Shown: positions 1 to 7,496 of the stretch, in pieces | How positions within the stretch are numbered: the stretch's first letter is position 1 | Layout of the letters: every line of letters begins with the position of its first letter | Virus record (IMG/VR): IMGVR_UViG_3300036985_002190 | Span: 1 to 56,283 of that record | Origin: a virus | Taxonomy: Duplodnaviria; Caudoviricetes | Strand: one strand, 5' to 3' | Length of the DNA: 56,283 bases | Translations under genes and position numbers: made by a program | The notes under the pieces: model-generated | Told to the model about the DNA's origin: nothing | Database searches by the model: none | The model's input: only the letters and a program-made list of their open reading frames with translations

Positions 1-60
1 CATTGATGAATCAAATGGTTGTTCTTTCTTATCAAGCCAAGATTTAGTTAATTTTGACAT
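1..60 (-). CDS. Partial hypothetical protein (MSKLTKSWLDKKEQPFDSSM...), runs off the left edge
   Basis: ATG at 60 on the minus strand overlaps the end of ORF 48-329; frame is open to position 1. Confidence 0.55.
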   Translation of the reverse strand, partial: MSKLTKSWLDKKEQPFDSSM

Positions 61-329
61 AATTGTTGATATTTAGTTTCGATCTGTTTGTGAAATTTAG
101 ACCATCGTGGTATGCAGTGATGTTTTGAATGCCATTTGCACATTAGAGTTTGGCTTCTTTTTGATAAATATGGAAGTTTATTATTCTTTTCAAACATCAT
201 TTTATCATCTTGAAACAACTCGTAATTATCTAAGTTGAACGACTTTGATGAATATGTTCCAAAAACTGAGTATGATGCTAATTCATTCAAGAATATTAAG
301 GCTAATATTAATAGTATTATTAATAACAT
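48..329 (-). CDS. Hypothetical membrane-anchored protein
   Basis: N-terminal hydrophobic run MLLIILLILALIFL; AT-rich leader. Confidence 0.65.
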   Translation of the reverse strand: MLLIILLILALIFLNELASYSVFGTYSSKSFNLDNYELFQDDKMMFEKNNKLPYLSKRSQTLMCKWHSKHHCIPRWSKFHKQIETKYQQLCQN

Positions 330-473
330 GCTATATATGTTTAAGTTGTTGTAATATTACTAATTGCGTAATCCAATCATAGCGATCTCTAATGCGATAA
401 TATGTTGCAGTAGAGAGGTGTTGACGGGAAATTGTAGAAACATTGACGGTTGAGATTGTTAGGGAGAAGTTAA

Positions 474-656
474 TTAAACACATACATTAAACCCTTCTAT
501 TAATAGCTTATTATAAAGCATATCAATCCGTTCTTTATATGAGAATAGTAATGATAATGCGCTAAACTCAATGCCTGTAGCTAATTCAAAGCAATTCTTG
601 GCATTAATCTTTTGATGTATAGATAATGTTTTATACCAATCCATATTAATATTCAT
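474..656 (-). CDS. Small hypothetical protein
   Basis: 60-aa ORF with 4-nt overlap with the upstream ORF. Confidence 0.65.
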   Translation of the reverse strand: MNINMDWYKTLSIHQKINAKNCFELATGIEFSALSLLFSYKERIDMLYNKLLIEGFNVCV

Positions 657-868
657 TTAATGCAGAACTCTAATTGTAAATCCTTATTATTAAATGATAC
701 CCAAGCAAAACTCGGAGATGATATCTCAAATCTACCAGTAATCTCTTGAGTCAACTCGTTAAGTCGATGCCACTTGGTTGTGGTAGTATTCCACTCATCA
801 GCATCAGCCTTATCTTTAAATCTAAAGTGAGTCGGAAGCTGTGTTATAATTTGTATCGGTTTAGCCAT
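653..868 (-). CDS. Small hypothetical protein (likely start MAKPIQ at 868)
   Basis: ORF track 653-940; the ATG at 868 follows an A-rich Bacteroidota-type leader. Confidence 0.6.
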   Translation of the reverse strand: MAKPIQIITQLPTHFRFKDKADADEWNTTTTKWHRLNELTQEITGRFEISSPSFAWVSFNNKDLQLEFCIK

Positions 869-970
869 AGATTTATGTTTATTAATTGTGATAATTTTAA
901 TATGAGGGATTAATATGGGTAAGTGGATAGTCCTATTCATTCATTAATTAAATCACTCACTCCCACACTC

Positions 971-1189
971 TTAATCATTGCTAAGTGTTACTGAACCTTC
1001 GAAGTCTTTGAATGAGTCAGCGCACCAGTCTTCACGATACACTCCAATTGAATATGCGCCATCCTTTAGTCTATTAAGAACAGTGCCAGATCTTTTGGTT
1101 TCAAATAATACAATATGTCCAGTCGACTCCATTATTTTTGGATAAGACCTACATCTGTTATTGTCGTTTTTATTTACTACTGATTTCAT
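971..1189 (-). CDS. Small hypothetical phage protein
   Basis: 72-aa ORF with AT-rich leader and protein-like composition. Confidence 0.7.
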   Translation of the reverse strand: MKSVVNKNDNNRCRSYPKIMESTGHIVLFETKRSGTVLNRLKDGAYSIGVYREDWCADSFKDFEGSVTLSND

Positions 1190-1557
1190 GTGTAATTATT
1201 TAAAAGGTTAATATTCTCGCGCGCGCGTACATTATTATATAGTAGCACTGGCCGATCTTTAGTTTAAGCCTAATGGCACCAATGTTACTATAAATTATCC
1301 TTAGACGAACTTGATGTATGCGAATTTATGAAGCATACAACTAGGGAGTCTTATAAGAGTATCATTAATTGTCATTGCAATACAGGACTATATTCCCTAG
1401 ATATAGATATAATATAATAATGTGATTTCGAGTAGTTTCGCTTCCGCCGAGTCTTGGTAAGATTCAGAGCTCTCTCTACAACGATTTAATTCGGTAATGC
1501 CGACTCTTACTCTTCCACAATTGCAATTGTAGTGCTCACATTATTATATTAATGTTG

Positions 1558-1698
1558 TTAATTCAACGCTCGATTCTTCCGATGACCTGGCAATCCAGCT
1601 TTAGCATATGGCGTAACTTTAGCTACCTTAGTGCTACTGAATGACTCTGACTGTACACCAGCCATAATACGCTTGATTTTACGTGATTGTGATTGCAT
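1558..1698 (-). CDS. Small basic protein, 46 aa (MQSQSRKIKRIMAGV...RKNRALN)
   Basis: Translated by hand; A-rich leader; below the ORF track cutoff. Confidence 0.5.
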   Translation of the reverse strand: MQSQSRKIKRIMAGVQSESFSSTKVAKVTPYAKAGLPGHRKNRALN

Positions 1699-2037
1699 GA
1701 TATAAATCTTTAGTTGTTAATAAATAATGTCTGTAAGGGCTTGGTATTATAATAATACAGGCTGAATTTGCCTCAAACAGCAACTGCATTTAACTCATGC
1801 GAGCACCTGTAATATTATATCTATATACAGCACCTTGGTATATATAGATTGTATTGTTGCATTACAACACATAATAATTGCGCTCAATCTACACCATTTG
1901 TGTATGATACTCTCAACTGAGTATAGTAAGATTGTTCTGACACTTGGCTAATTAAGGCGCAATTATTATAAGTATTTTATATTACGACATAAGACAGGCT
2001 AAGTCAGGCTTGCGCCTTCCAAAGCCTCTCTAAGTCT

Positions 2038-2086
2038 ATAGAGCCCTCAAGGTGATCAGCATTACCTGTTATTCAAGGGCTCTATT
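2038..2086 (-). terminator. Stem-loop immediately downstream of ORF 2093-2356
   Basis: Inverted repeat ATAGAGCCCT/AGGGCTCTAT; no clear U-tract. Confidence 0.4.
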
Positions 2087-2092
2087 TAATTC

Positions 2093-2356
2093 TTAGCAAG
2101 GGATTGCCCTTACATATTTAACGTCAATGTTTTCGCCATTACGGCTGAATGAATACTCAACATCTTCAAAGCGAAGGTTGCGATCCATTTCGGTGCCAAC
2201 GATGGCTGCGTCAGGTGTTGTTTCAGACTGTATAACGAACTCTCTGCCTTGGCATATACCAAAGATAGCGTCCATTACGATCTCTTGACAACGGATGTTA
2301 GAACCGCCTGTGCGAGTCTTAGAAGCTGCTACTTGTAATACTTTAAACTTGGTCAT
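2093..2356 (-). CDS. Hypothetical beta-rich protein, first gene of the leftward unit
   Basis: 87-aa ORF; higher GC than neighbours; long structured leader. Confidence 0.75.
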   Translation of the reverse strand: MTKFKVLQVAASKTRTGGSNIRCQEIVMDAIFGICQGREFVIQSETTPDAAIVGTEMDRNLRFEDVEYSFSRNGENIDVKYVRAIPC

Positions 2357-2690
2357 GATTGTATGTTTTAGATTGTTAGAGTTGTATTGATGACGTGATG
2401 ATATTTCTAGGTTATTACATCCATGGATTTAGAAGACCTAAAGCAATATCATCAACGCCAAGAGTTAGTAAAGGTGAAAGATCGCCTTGATTGCCGATGA
2501 AAAGAGAGATTAACAACGAATGCCGGGGCTGATGACCCAAGTTGAGATGAAGTCGGGCGATCAGTGCCTATTATCCTATGATCTCATTGATATTCAATAT
2601 TTTGAAAATTATTTTTTATTCTAAAATTTTTTCAACTAAATTTTTAGTCGTGTGACTATGTTTATAGTCAATTAGCCATACTAAGATAGA

Positions 2691-2722
2691 TTTGGTAGTG
2701 TCAAAATAAAGTTGTATATTTG
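2691..2722 (+). promoter_or_regulatory. Bacteroidota primary-sigma promoter
   Basis: TTTG (2691-2694), 20-nt spacer, TATATTTG (2715-2722) matches -33/-7 consensus TTTG-N19-21-TAnnTTTG. Confidence 0.75.
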
Positions 2723-2729
2723 TGATTGC

Positions 2730-3075
2730 TGATTGCTCTACTGAACGCCTTGCAAGCATATACAAAAGTTCAGTAATTCGCTCCGAAAGTTAAATCATAT
2801 AGGAGCTAGACGTCGGGTTGTTAACCATAAATAATGGGGAGTTGTCCCCGGCAGGGCAAAGATGAGTTGATTGGGGATTATTTAGAATTGATCAGGTGTT
2901 TGGGGCCATGAGTGATTGGTAAGGATTAACTCAAACCTAGTCTGATTTGTCAGATAGCAGGGATTAAATGATCGTTCTTGATTAGAATCTAAATTTCTCG
3001 GATTAATCAAACAGACTTAACCGACTGCTTGTGAGCGACATAGTTGGTAAAGTTAAAACGAAGGAGGGGTCGCAT
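2730..3075 (+). ncRNA. Candidate structured ncRNA or long 5' leader upstream of the DUF559 nuclease
   Basis: No long ORF; GC-enriched; about 8 helices found by eye, with G-U pairs favouring the plus strand; starts just after a consensus promoter. Confidence 0.55.
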
Positions 3076-3122
3076 ATGAGATTGTTGTGTTTAATTGAAT
3101 CGTTAATTTAAATTATATATTT

Positions 3123-3686
3123 ATGGGTTATCAAAATTACAGTAGAGGTAGAGAAAAGAAAGCTAGAGTATCAAAGTCCATCACTAGGGATTCGATGTTA
3201 TTGTTTAGGCAGGAAGGCATCAAAAAATTACTGGGTATGGTTACGTCAACAGCAGTAAAAGATTTTATATTGCAGAACGTAAGTAGCAAGAAGGATGACA
3301 TTATTAATCGTTTTAGGGTTAATGCTCCGGGATTAGTCCAAAGTGCAGAGGCAAATCGTAATGGGAATATTATTAATGCTACTCCACAGGAAATGAAGAT
3401 GAAACTTATTCTGAAAGAATTAGGAGTTGTATACGAGTTTCAGAAAGTTTATTACACTGGTATGACGTATTACATTGTAGACTTCTTTTTGACAGATTAC
3501 AACGTAGTAGTTGAGCTGGATGGATCACAGCATTATGATGGATTTGCCAAGGAATATGATGCATTAAGAACCGAAAATCTATTATACTTGCACAAGATTA
3601 ATAGAGTTATTAGATTTGATAATAAAGAGTTAGTTATTGATACAGATATTAAATCGAAGTTAACTAAAGAACTTAATATTAAATAA
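3123..3686 (+). CDS. DUF559/Vsr-like PD-(D/E)xK endonuclease with ~80-aa N-terminal extension
   Basis: Motifs TPQE, FQK, YIVDFF, VELDGSQH, DALRT, VIRFDN. Confidence 0.85.
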   Translation: MGYQNYSRGREKKARVSKSITRDSMLLFRQEGIKKLLGMVTSTAVKDFILQNVSSKKDDIINRFRVNAPGLVQSAEANRNGNIINATPQEMKMKLILKELGVVYEFQKVYYTGMTYYIVDFFLTDYNVVVELDGSQHYDGFAKEYDALRTENLLYLHKINRVIRFDNKELVIDTDIKSKLTKELNIK

Positions 3687-3687
3687 C

Positions 3688-3900
3688 ATGAACACTCCAG
3701 AACACTTTATGCTTCCTGGGTTTGTGGCTTTGAATCAAGCTCGACAGAATTTTGAACAAGCTTTACCTTTATATATAGCCCGTAATGATAACAACAAGGC
3801 CGACTCTTATAATGCCGATAACATTAAGCGTGCATTAAAGTTACTAGCCGAGGCCTACGATGAAATTTCTGCAATCTGGGAAAATGATATTAATGCATAG
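3688..3900 (+). CDS. Small helical hypothetical protein
   Basis: 70-aa ORF abutting the upstream stop. Confidence 0.7.
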   Translation: MNTPEHFMLPGFVALNQARQNFEQALPLYIARNDNNKADSYNADNIKRALKLLAEAYDEISAIWENDINA

Positions 3901-3982
3901 AACTGAAGAGCAATATTATGACGACATATATTTAGATTCAACAGTAATCTGGGAGTGTCGCGACTGGCAAATTAATCATTAA
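3884..3982 (+). CDS. Possible 32-aa peptide (MILMHRTEEQYYDD...)
   Basis: Translated by hand; fills the gap between neighbouring ORFs. Confidence 0.35.
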   Translation: MILMHRTEEQYYDDIYLDSTVIWECRDWQINH

Positions 3983-3986
3983 AATA

Positions 3987-4166
3987 ATGTTTAGACGAAA
4001 ATTACGCATTGGAGATAAAGTTTTAATTAAGCGCAATGGATGCATCAGTGTTGTTGATGATATTTTATATAATCCATACACACCGTGGAAATCCATATCC
4101 AGCTACAAAGTTGGATCTAAATCAGATTACTCCTTCTATGGTAGAAATGATTTAAAGAAGCTCTAG
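3987..4166 (+). CDS. Small SH3/KOW-like hypothetical protein, 59 aa
   Basis: MFRRKLRIGDKVLIK...FYGRNDLKKL; the IGDKV pattern is typical of small beta-barrel phage proteins. Confidence 0.6.
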   Translation: MFRRKLRIGDKVLIKRNGCISVVDDILYNPYTPWKSISSYKVGSKSDYSFYGRNDLKKL

Positions 4167-4300
4167 TGAAATACATTTATTATAAGCTTGTTAAGATACA
4201 ATACAAGCTGAATAAGCTAGCAGAATTCTTTAGACTATATAAAGAGTGGTGTATTTTCTTCGATGACTATTGCGACAAAAGATGGCAAAATATTAAATAA
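4166..4300 (+). CDS. Possible 44-aa peptide
   Basis: GTG start overlapping the previous TAG; open to TAA at 4300. Confidence 0.35.
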   Translation: MKYIYYKLVKIQYKLNKLAEFFRLYKEWCIFFDDYCDKRWQNIK

Positions 4301-4370
4301 TTATAATATTTACTTTTATATTCAGATTATTGTTTGTACCTTTGTTGCAGAAACTAATAAATATTGATAT

Positions 4371-4550
4371 ATGGAGACTAATGCAAAGGTTAAGTTTGAG
4401 AATGATCAGGATTTCACAGATGGTGTTATTTCAATGGGTAATATGCTAGAGACATGGCAGAAAACTGAAGATGAAGGTTATAAGCGAGAATTTACGCTAA
4501 CACCAAACAGAGAGAGTTTATCTCTAGACATTTTATTGAAAGTTACTTAA
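4371..4550 (+). CDS. Small hypothetical protein, 59 aa (METNAKVKFEND...)
   Basis: Downstream of TACCTTTG -7 box (4337-4344) and an AT-rich leader. Confidence 0.65.
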   Translation: METNAKVKFENDQDFTDGVISMGNMLETWQKTEDEGYKREFTLTPNRESLSLDILLKVT

Positions 4551-4609
4551 TAGACCTCCCACCTATCTAGATAGTAGACTGTGATTCGGAAACTTACGAT
4601 AGCAGTTTG

Positions 4610-4643
4610 ATCCCTGGCAGTTATTCTGTTGGGGATTTTTATT
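4610..4643 (+). terminator. Intrinsic terminator
   Basis: ATCCCTGGCAG-ttatt-CTGTTGGGGAT followed by a T-tract. Confidence 0.75.
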
Positions 4644-4662
4644 GAAAATAATTGGCTAAATT

Positions 4663-4694
4663 GTTGGTAGATTAAATTATAGTCCGTACATTTG
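4663..4694 (+). promoter_or_regulatory. Bacteroidota promoter
   Basis: GTTG, 20-nt spacer, TACATTTG (4687-4694). Confidence 0.65.
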
Positions 4695-4720
4695 CATCAG
4701 AAAATTAAATTATTAATTAT

Positions 4721-4936
4721 ATGCCGAAGTATAGATGCACAAACCAAACTTGCTCACAGTATAATGAGATTGAAAATATTAATGGAACTAGGATTACCAT
4801 AGTCAATGGAACAGCTTTAGACAGAAACGCCTATTGCAAAGTTTGTGGAGATAAAAGGGAGGTTGTTCGAGAGGAAGGAATGACTACTAATATTGCTGGA
4901 ACTAATGATCAACGATTAAGGATGGAGAGACAATAA
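4721..4936 (+). CDS. Zn-ribbon protein
   Basis: CTNQTC ... CKVC. Confidence 0.75.
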   Translation: MPKYRCTNQTCSQYNEIENINGTRITIVNGTALDRNAYCKVCGDKREVVREEGMTTNIAGTNDQRLRMERQ

Positions 4937-5136
4937 TGAATATAAATACTAAATTTGATTTTGGCGATGTTGTTTATTTAAAGACAGATCCAGACCAACT
5001 GGAAAGAATTGTAACTGGATTTAGCATCAAGCCAAATAGTATGTGCTACAATCTAAATCATTCAACAACAGAGAGTTGGCATTGGGATTTTGAGATAACT
5101 AAGGATAGAGATATATTAAAAACAACAACAAATTAA
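4936..5136 (+). CDS. Small SH3-like hypothetical protein
   Basis: KFDFGDVVYLKTD pattern; TAATG coupling with the upstream gene. Confidence 0.75.
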   Translation: MNINTKFDFGDVVYLKTDPDQLERIVTGFSIKPNSMCYNLNHSTTESWHWDFEITKDRDILKTTTN

Positions 5137-5139
5137 AAT

Positions 5140-5352
5140 ATGGCAACTAAAGAAGAATATAACAATATACCAGTAGAATTTTGTAGTAAGGCAACATGCT
5201 GTTCTTTAAATATTAAAGAGGATGAAGATGGCAGTGTTTATTGCTATGACTGTGGTGGAATGAAAGTGAGTAAGGCTCCAATTGCTGAATGGGAAGAATA
5301 CTGGATGATGGCACATGGTGAAAAATTACTTAATATAAAGCGCAATGTTTGA
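5140..5352 (+). CDS. Zn-ribbon protein of a type seen upstream of crAss-like terminases
   Basis: YNNIPVEFC..C.SLNI...YCYDCG...EWE. Confidence 0.75.
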   Translation: MATKEEYNNIPVEFCSKATCCSLNIKEDEDGSVYCYDCGGMKVSKAPIAEWEEYWMMAHGEKLLNIKRNV

Positions 5353-5515
5353 TAAGAAAATAATAGAATTACAGCCTAATATATGGATAACTAAAGAAGA
5401 CTGGGATAACTGTAAGAAGTTTGAGATAGAGCAAGAAAAGAAACTTATTGAGTTTATGTATAAGAACCATAAGAAATATATGGAGGATAAAGATGCAGCC
5501 ACAGAAACTAATTAA
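5345..5515 (+). CDS. Small hypothetical protein, 56 aa (MFDKKIIELQPNIW...)
   Basis: Translated by hand; overlaps both neighbours in the usual phage manner. Confidence 0.55.
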   Translation: MFDKKIIELQPNIWITKEDWDNCKKFEIEQEKKLIEFMYKNHKKYMEDKDAATETN

Positions 5516-5894
5516 TACAAATAGAGCAGTAATTTCTTGCACAAAAGAAACTCTGTGTGAGCAATGGCTGAGATTTACCAGAGAATTACATGGCCTATCA
5601 GATGGCGAGATTGTATTGGCTGGCAAGTTCCTCGATAAGCGTATTGAGCTAAAAGAGAAGATTACAGACGATGAATTACTTGATGAATACTTACAGTCCA
5701 CTAAGGTTAGACAGGGCGTTAAAGAGGCTGCAAATGTTAAGAATTCGGCTGTATTTCAGAACATGTTAAGCAGTTTGCGTAAGAAGAAATTCTTTCTTGC
5801 TGGGGATAGGATTAATAAAGCATTTATACCAAACTTAGATGATCCTAGTAAAAAGTATTTTAAGGTTGAAATAATATTTAAGATAGATGGATAA
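5493..5894 (+). CDS. Putative winged-helix DNA-binding protein (RepL-like)
   Basis: LSDGEI...FQNMLSSLRKKKFF...INKAFIP; likely start at ATG 5493. Confidence 0.55.
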   Translation: MQPQKLINTNRAVISCTKETLCEQWLRFTRELHGLSDGEIVLAGKFLDKRIELKEKITDDELLDEYLQSTKVRQGVKEAANVKNSAVFQNMLSSLRKKKFFLAGDRINKAFIPNLDDPSKKYFKVEIIFKIDG

Positions 5895-6153
5895 AGTTTT
5901 AACTGGAATAGTTGCGGAGATAGCACTGAAATATAATACCAATATTCAGGAGGTAGAGAAAGTGTTAAATATGCCGTATAAGATGATGAGAGAAAATATT
6001 CAGGCATTAGAGTTAAGAGGACATTTATATGAGGAGATTAAAGATCAGAAACTTAACTTTAATATGCCGATACTGTTTAAGTTACATTTAAATAAATATA
6101 AACTAGATAAATTTAATTCAAAGAAAGATGACAAAGAAATTGCAGAAGATTGA
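5887..6153 (+). CDS. HU/IHF-like DNA-binding protein
   Basis: IVAEIALKYN...VEKVL helices followed by FNMPILFKL strand. Confidence 0.55.
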   Translation: MDKVLTGIVAEIALKYNTNIQEVEKVLNMPYKMMRENIQALELRGHLYEEIKDQKLNFNMPILFKLHLNKYKLDKFNSKKDDKEIAED

Positions 6154-6499
6154 TGCCGTGCCCATGTTTAATTATTTATTCTTAACATGCAATAAAAAGA
6201 GTAATGTAAGCAAAAGTGGAATTATAACAAATGCTAGCGATATTATTGACATGAAGCAAGATATTTTAAAGCGTGGAGATTCAGTTAGAACACTAAAAGA
6301 GGGTTACACTGTAGAGATTGATCCAAGGCCATATTTTGTAAAAGATTGGAAAGATCAAATGAATCCTAGTCTTAATGAAGAGATCCATAAAAAACATGTT
6401 GTTAGTATTGCTTGGCCCATTGAAGAAATAGATGGACAGCAAATTATGGTAGTTCCAGATAATCATATTAGGATGTATTGGAAGAACGGATTAGAATAA
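6128..6499 (+). CDS. GroES/Cpn10-like protein
   Basis: PMFNYLFL, SKSGII, ILKRGDSVRTLKEGYTV, EIDGQQIMVVPDNHI match the Cpn10 pattern. Confidence 0.65.
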   Translation: MTKKLQKIDAVPMFNYLFLTCNKKSNVSKSGIITNASDIIDMKQDILKRGDSVRTLKEGYTVEIDPRPYFVKDWKDQMNPSLNEEIHKKHVVSIAWPIEEIDGQQIMVVPDNHIRMYWKNGLE

Positions 6500-6547
6500 C
6501 CACTCTTTATATAGTATATTTAGACCGACGCTTCGGTGTTTCAATTT

Positions 6548-6578
6548 AGGCTCCTTAATTGGGGCCTTTGTTGTTTTG
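6548..6578 (+). terminator. Probable intrinsic terminator
   Basis: AGGCTCC-ttaatt-GGGGCCT followed by a T-rich tract. Confidence 0.6.
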
Positions 6579-6597
6579 ATAATTATACCTATCTTTG
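6567..6597 (+). promoter_or_regulatory. Bacteroidota promoter for the terminase unit
   Basis: TTTG (6567-6570), 19-nt spacer, TATCTTTG (6590-6597). Confidence 0.7.
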
Positions 6598-6621
6598 TCT
6601 ACACAATTTAAGAATAATGAG

Positions 6622-6915
6622 ATGATTACCGATTTAGATATTTTAGGGTTGGGATTCAGTAGAGTTCCAGAATGGGATACAGAAGTTACCTTGGCGTATA
6701 AATATGAAAAAAATAGATACGATAAGCCAAGAAATACTATAAATCTATACAGATTAGATAGATTGGTTGACACTGATTACATGGAGCTGAAGTCAACTCT
6801 ACAGAGAGAGACGGACTTTGTATTCCCTACATATAGTTTTAATGGGGAGTTAGAGACTATTGATGATCTGTTTGAACTTTTCGAGTCTTTTAGAGAACAC
6901 AACCGACATATTTAA
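6622..6915 (+). CDS. Hypothetical protein (start moved to ATG 6622)
   Basis: The TTG start in the ORF track lies inside the -7 promoter box. Confidence 0.7.
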   Translation: MITDLDILGLGFSRVPEWDTEVTLAYKYEKNRYDKPRNTINLYRLDRLVDTDYMELKSTLQRETDFVFPTYSFNGELETIDDLFELFESFREHNRHI

Positions 6916-6938
6916 TATTATATACAGGGGATAGAGAG

Positions 6939-7496
6939 ATGAATTTATTTAGCTTTTCAAAATCATCATATGATGTTGTAATTGCAGAAGAAGTACTTTT
7001 GCTTAAGCCTTTTGCAGATATATATAAACGCAATAAAGATAAGGACTTTGCAATAAAAGAGTTGGGCTTCGTCTGGATGTATTCAGATATTACGAGTCCG
7101 TATCAATCAATACTTGTTGATGCTGATAGGTGTGAGGAAATTAAGCGAGATATGGAGCTTCCAGCTAAATGGAAGATTGATCCAATTATACAGGAGGCCG
7201 TAAGATTTTATATAGAAAGATCTAAAACAGCAGTTCATCATTTATATACAGCGAGTATGACAGCTGCGGCTGCTGTGAACGATATTTTAAGCGACGCTAA
7301 GGCATTAATAGAAGCAAGTGATGACAGGATATCAGCTGTACAGAAAGTCATTGGAGCGCTCGAAAAGGTGCCTAAAGTGATGGCTTCTCTTAGGGATATC
7401 GAGAAAGAACTTATCCGTCAGATCGAAGATAAGGAGGGTAAGAAGATTGGTAGCAAATCATTTGCGGTATATGAAGAGGGATTAACAATTGACTAA
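6939..7496 (+). CDS. Conserved crAss-like protein upstream of TerL, candidate terminase small subunit
   Basis: LLLKPF..IYKR.KDK..A.KEL.F...DI.SPY...LP.KWK.D; position before TerL. Confidence 0.6.
   Translation: MNLFSFSKSSYDVVIAEEVLLLKPFADIYKRNKDKDFAIKELGFVWMYSDITSPYQSILVDADRCEEIKRDMELPAKWKIDPIIQEAVRFYIERSKTAVHHLYTASMTAAAAVNDILSDAKALIEASDDRISAVQKVIGALEKVPKVMASLRDIEKELIRQIEDKEGKKIGSKSFAVYEEGLTID

Noticed and set aside
2529-2565. CTGATGA suggesting a hammerhead ribozyme
   Set aside because: The matching GAAA after stem II is missing (CGAT instead), and CTGAT pairs with ATCAG in a plain hairpin.
2730-3075. tRNA, tmRNA, RNase P RNA or group I/II intron identity for the structured leader
   Set aside because: No T-loop GTTCRA/CCA end, no RNase P GAGGAAAGTCC motif, no P7 pair or domain V, and no interrupted gene around it.
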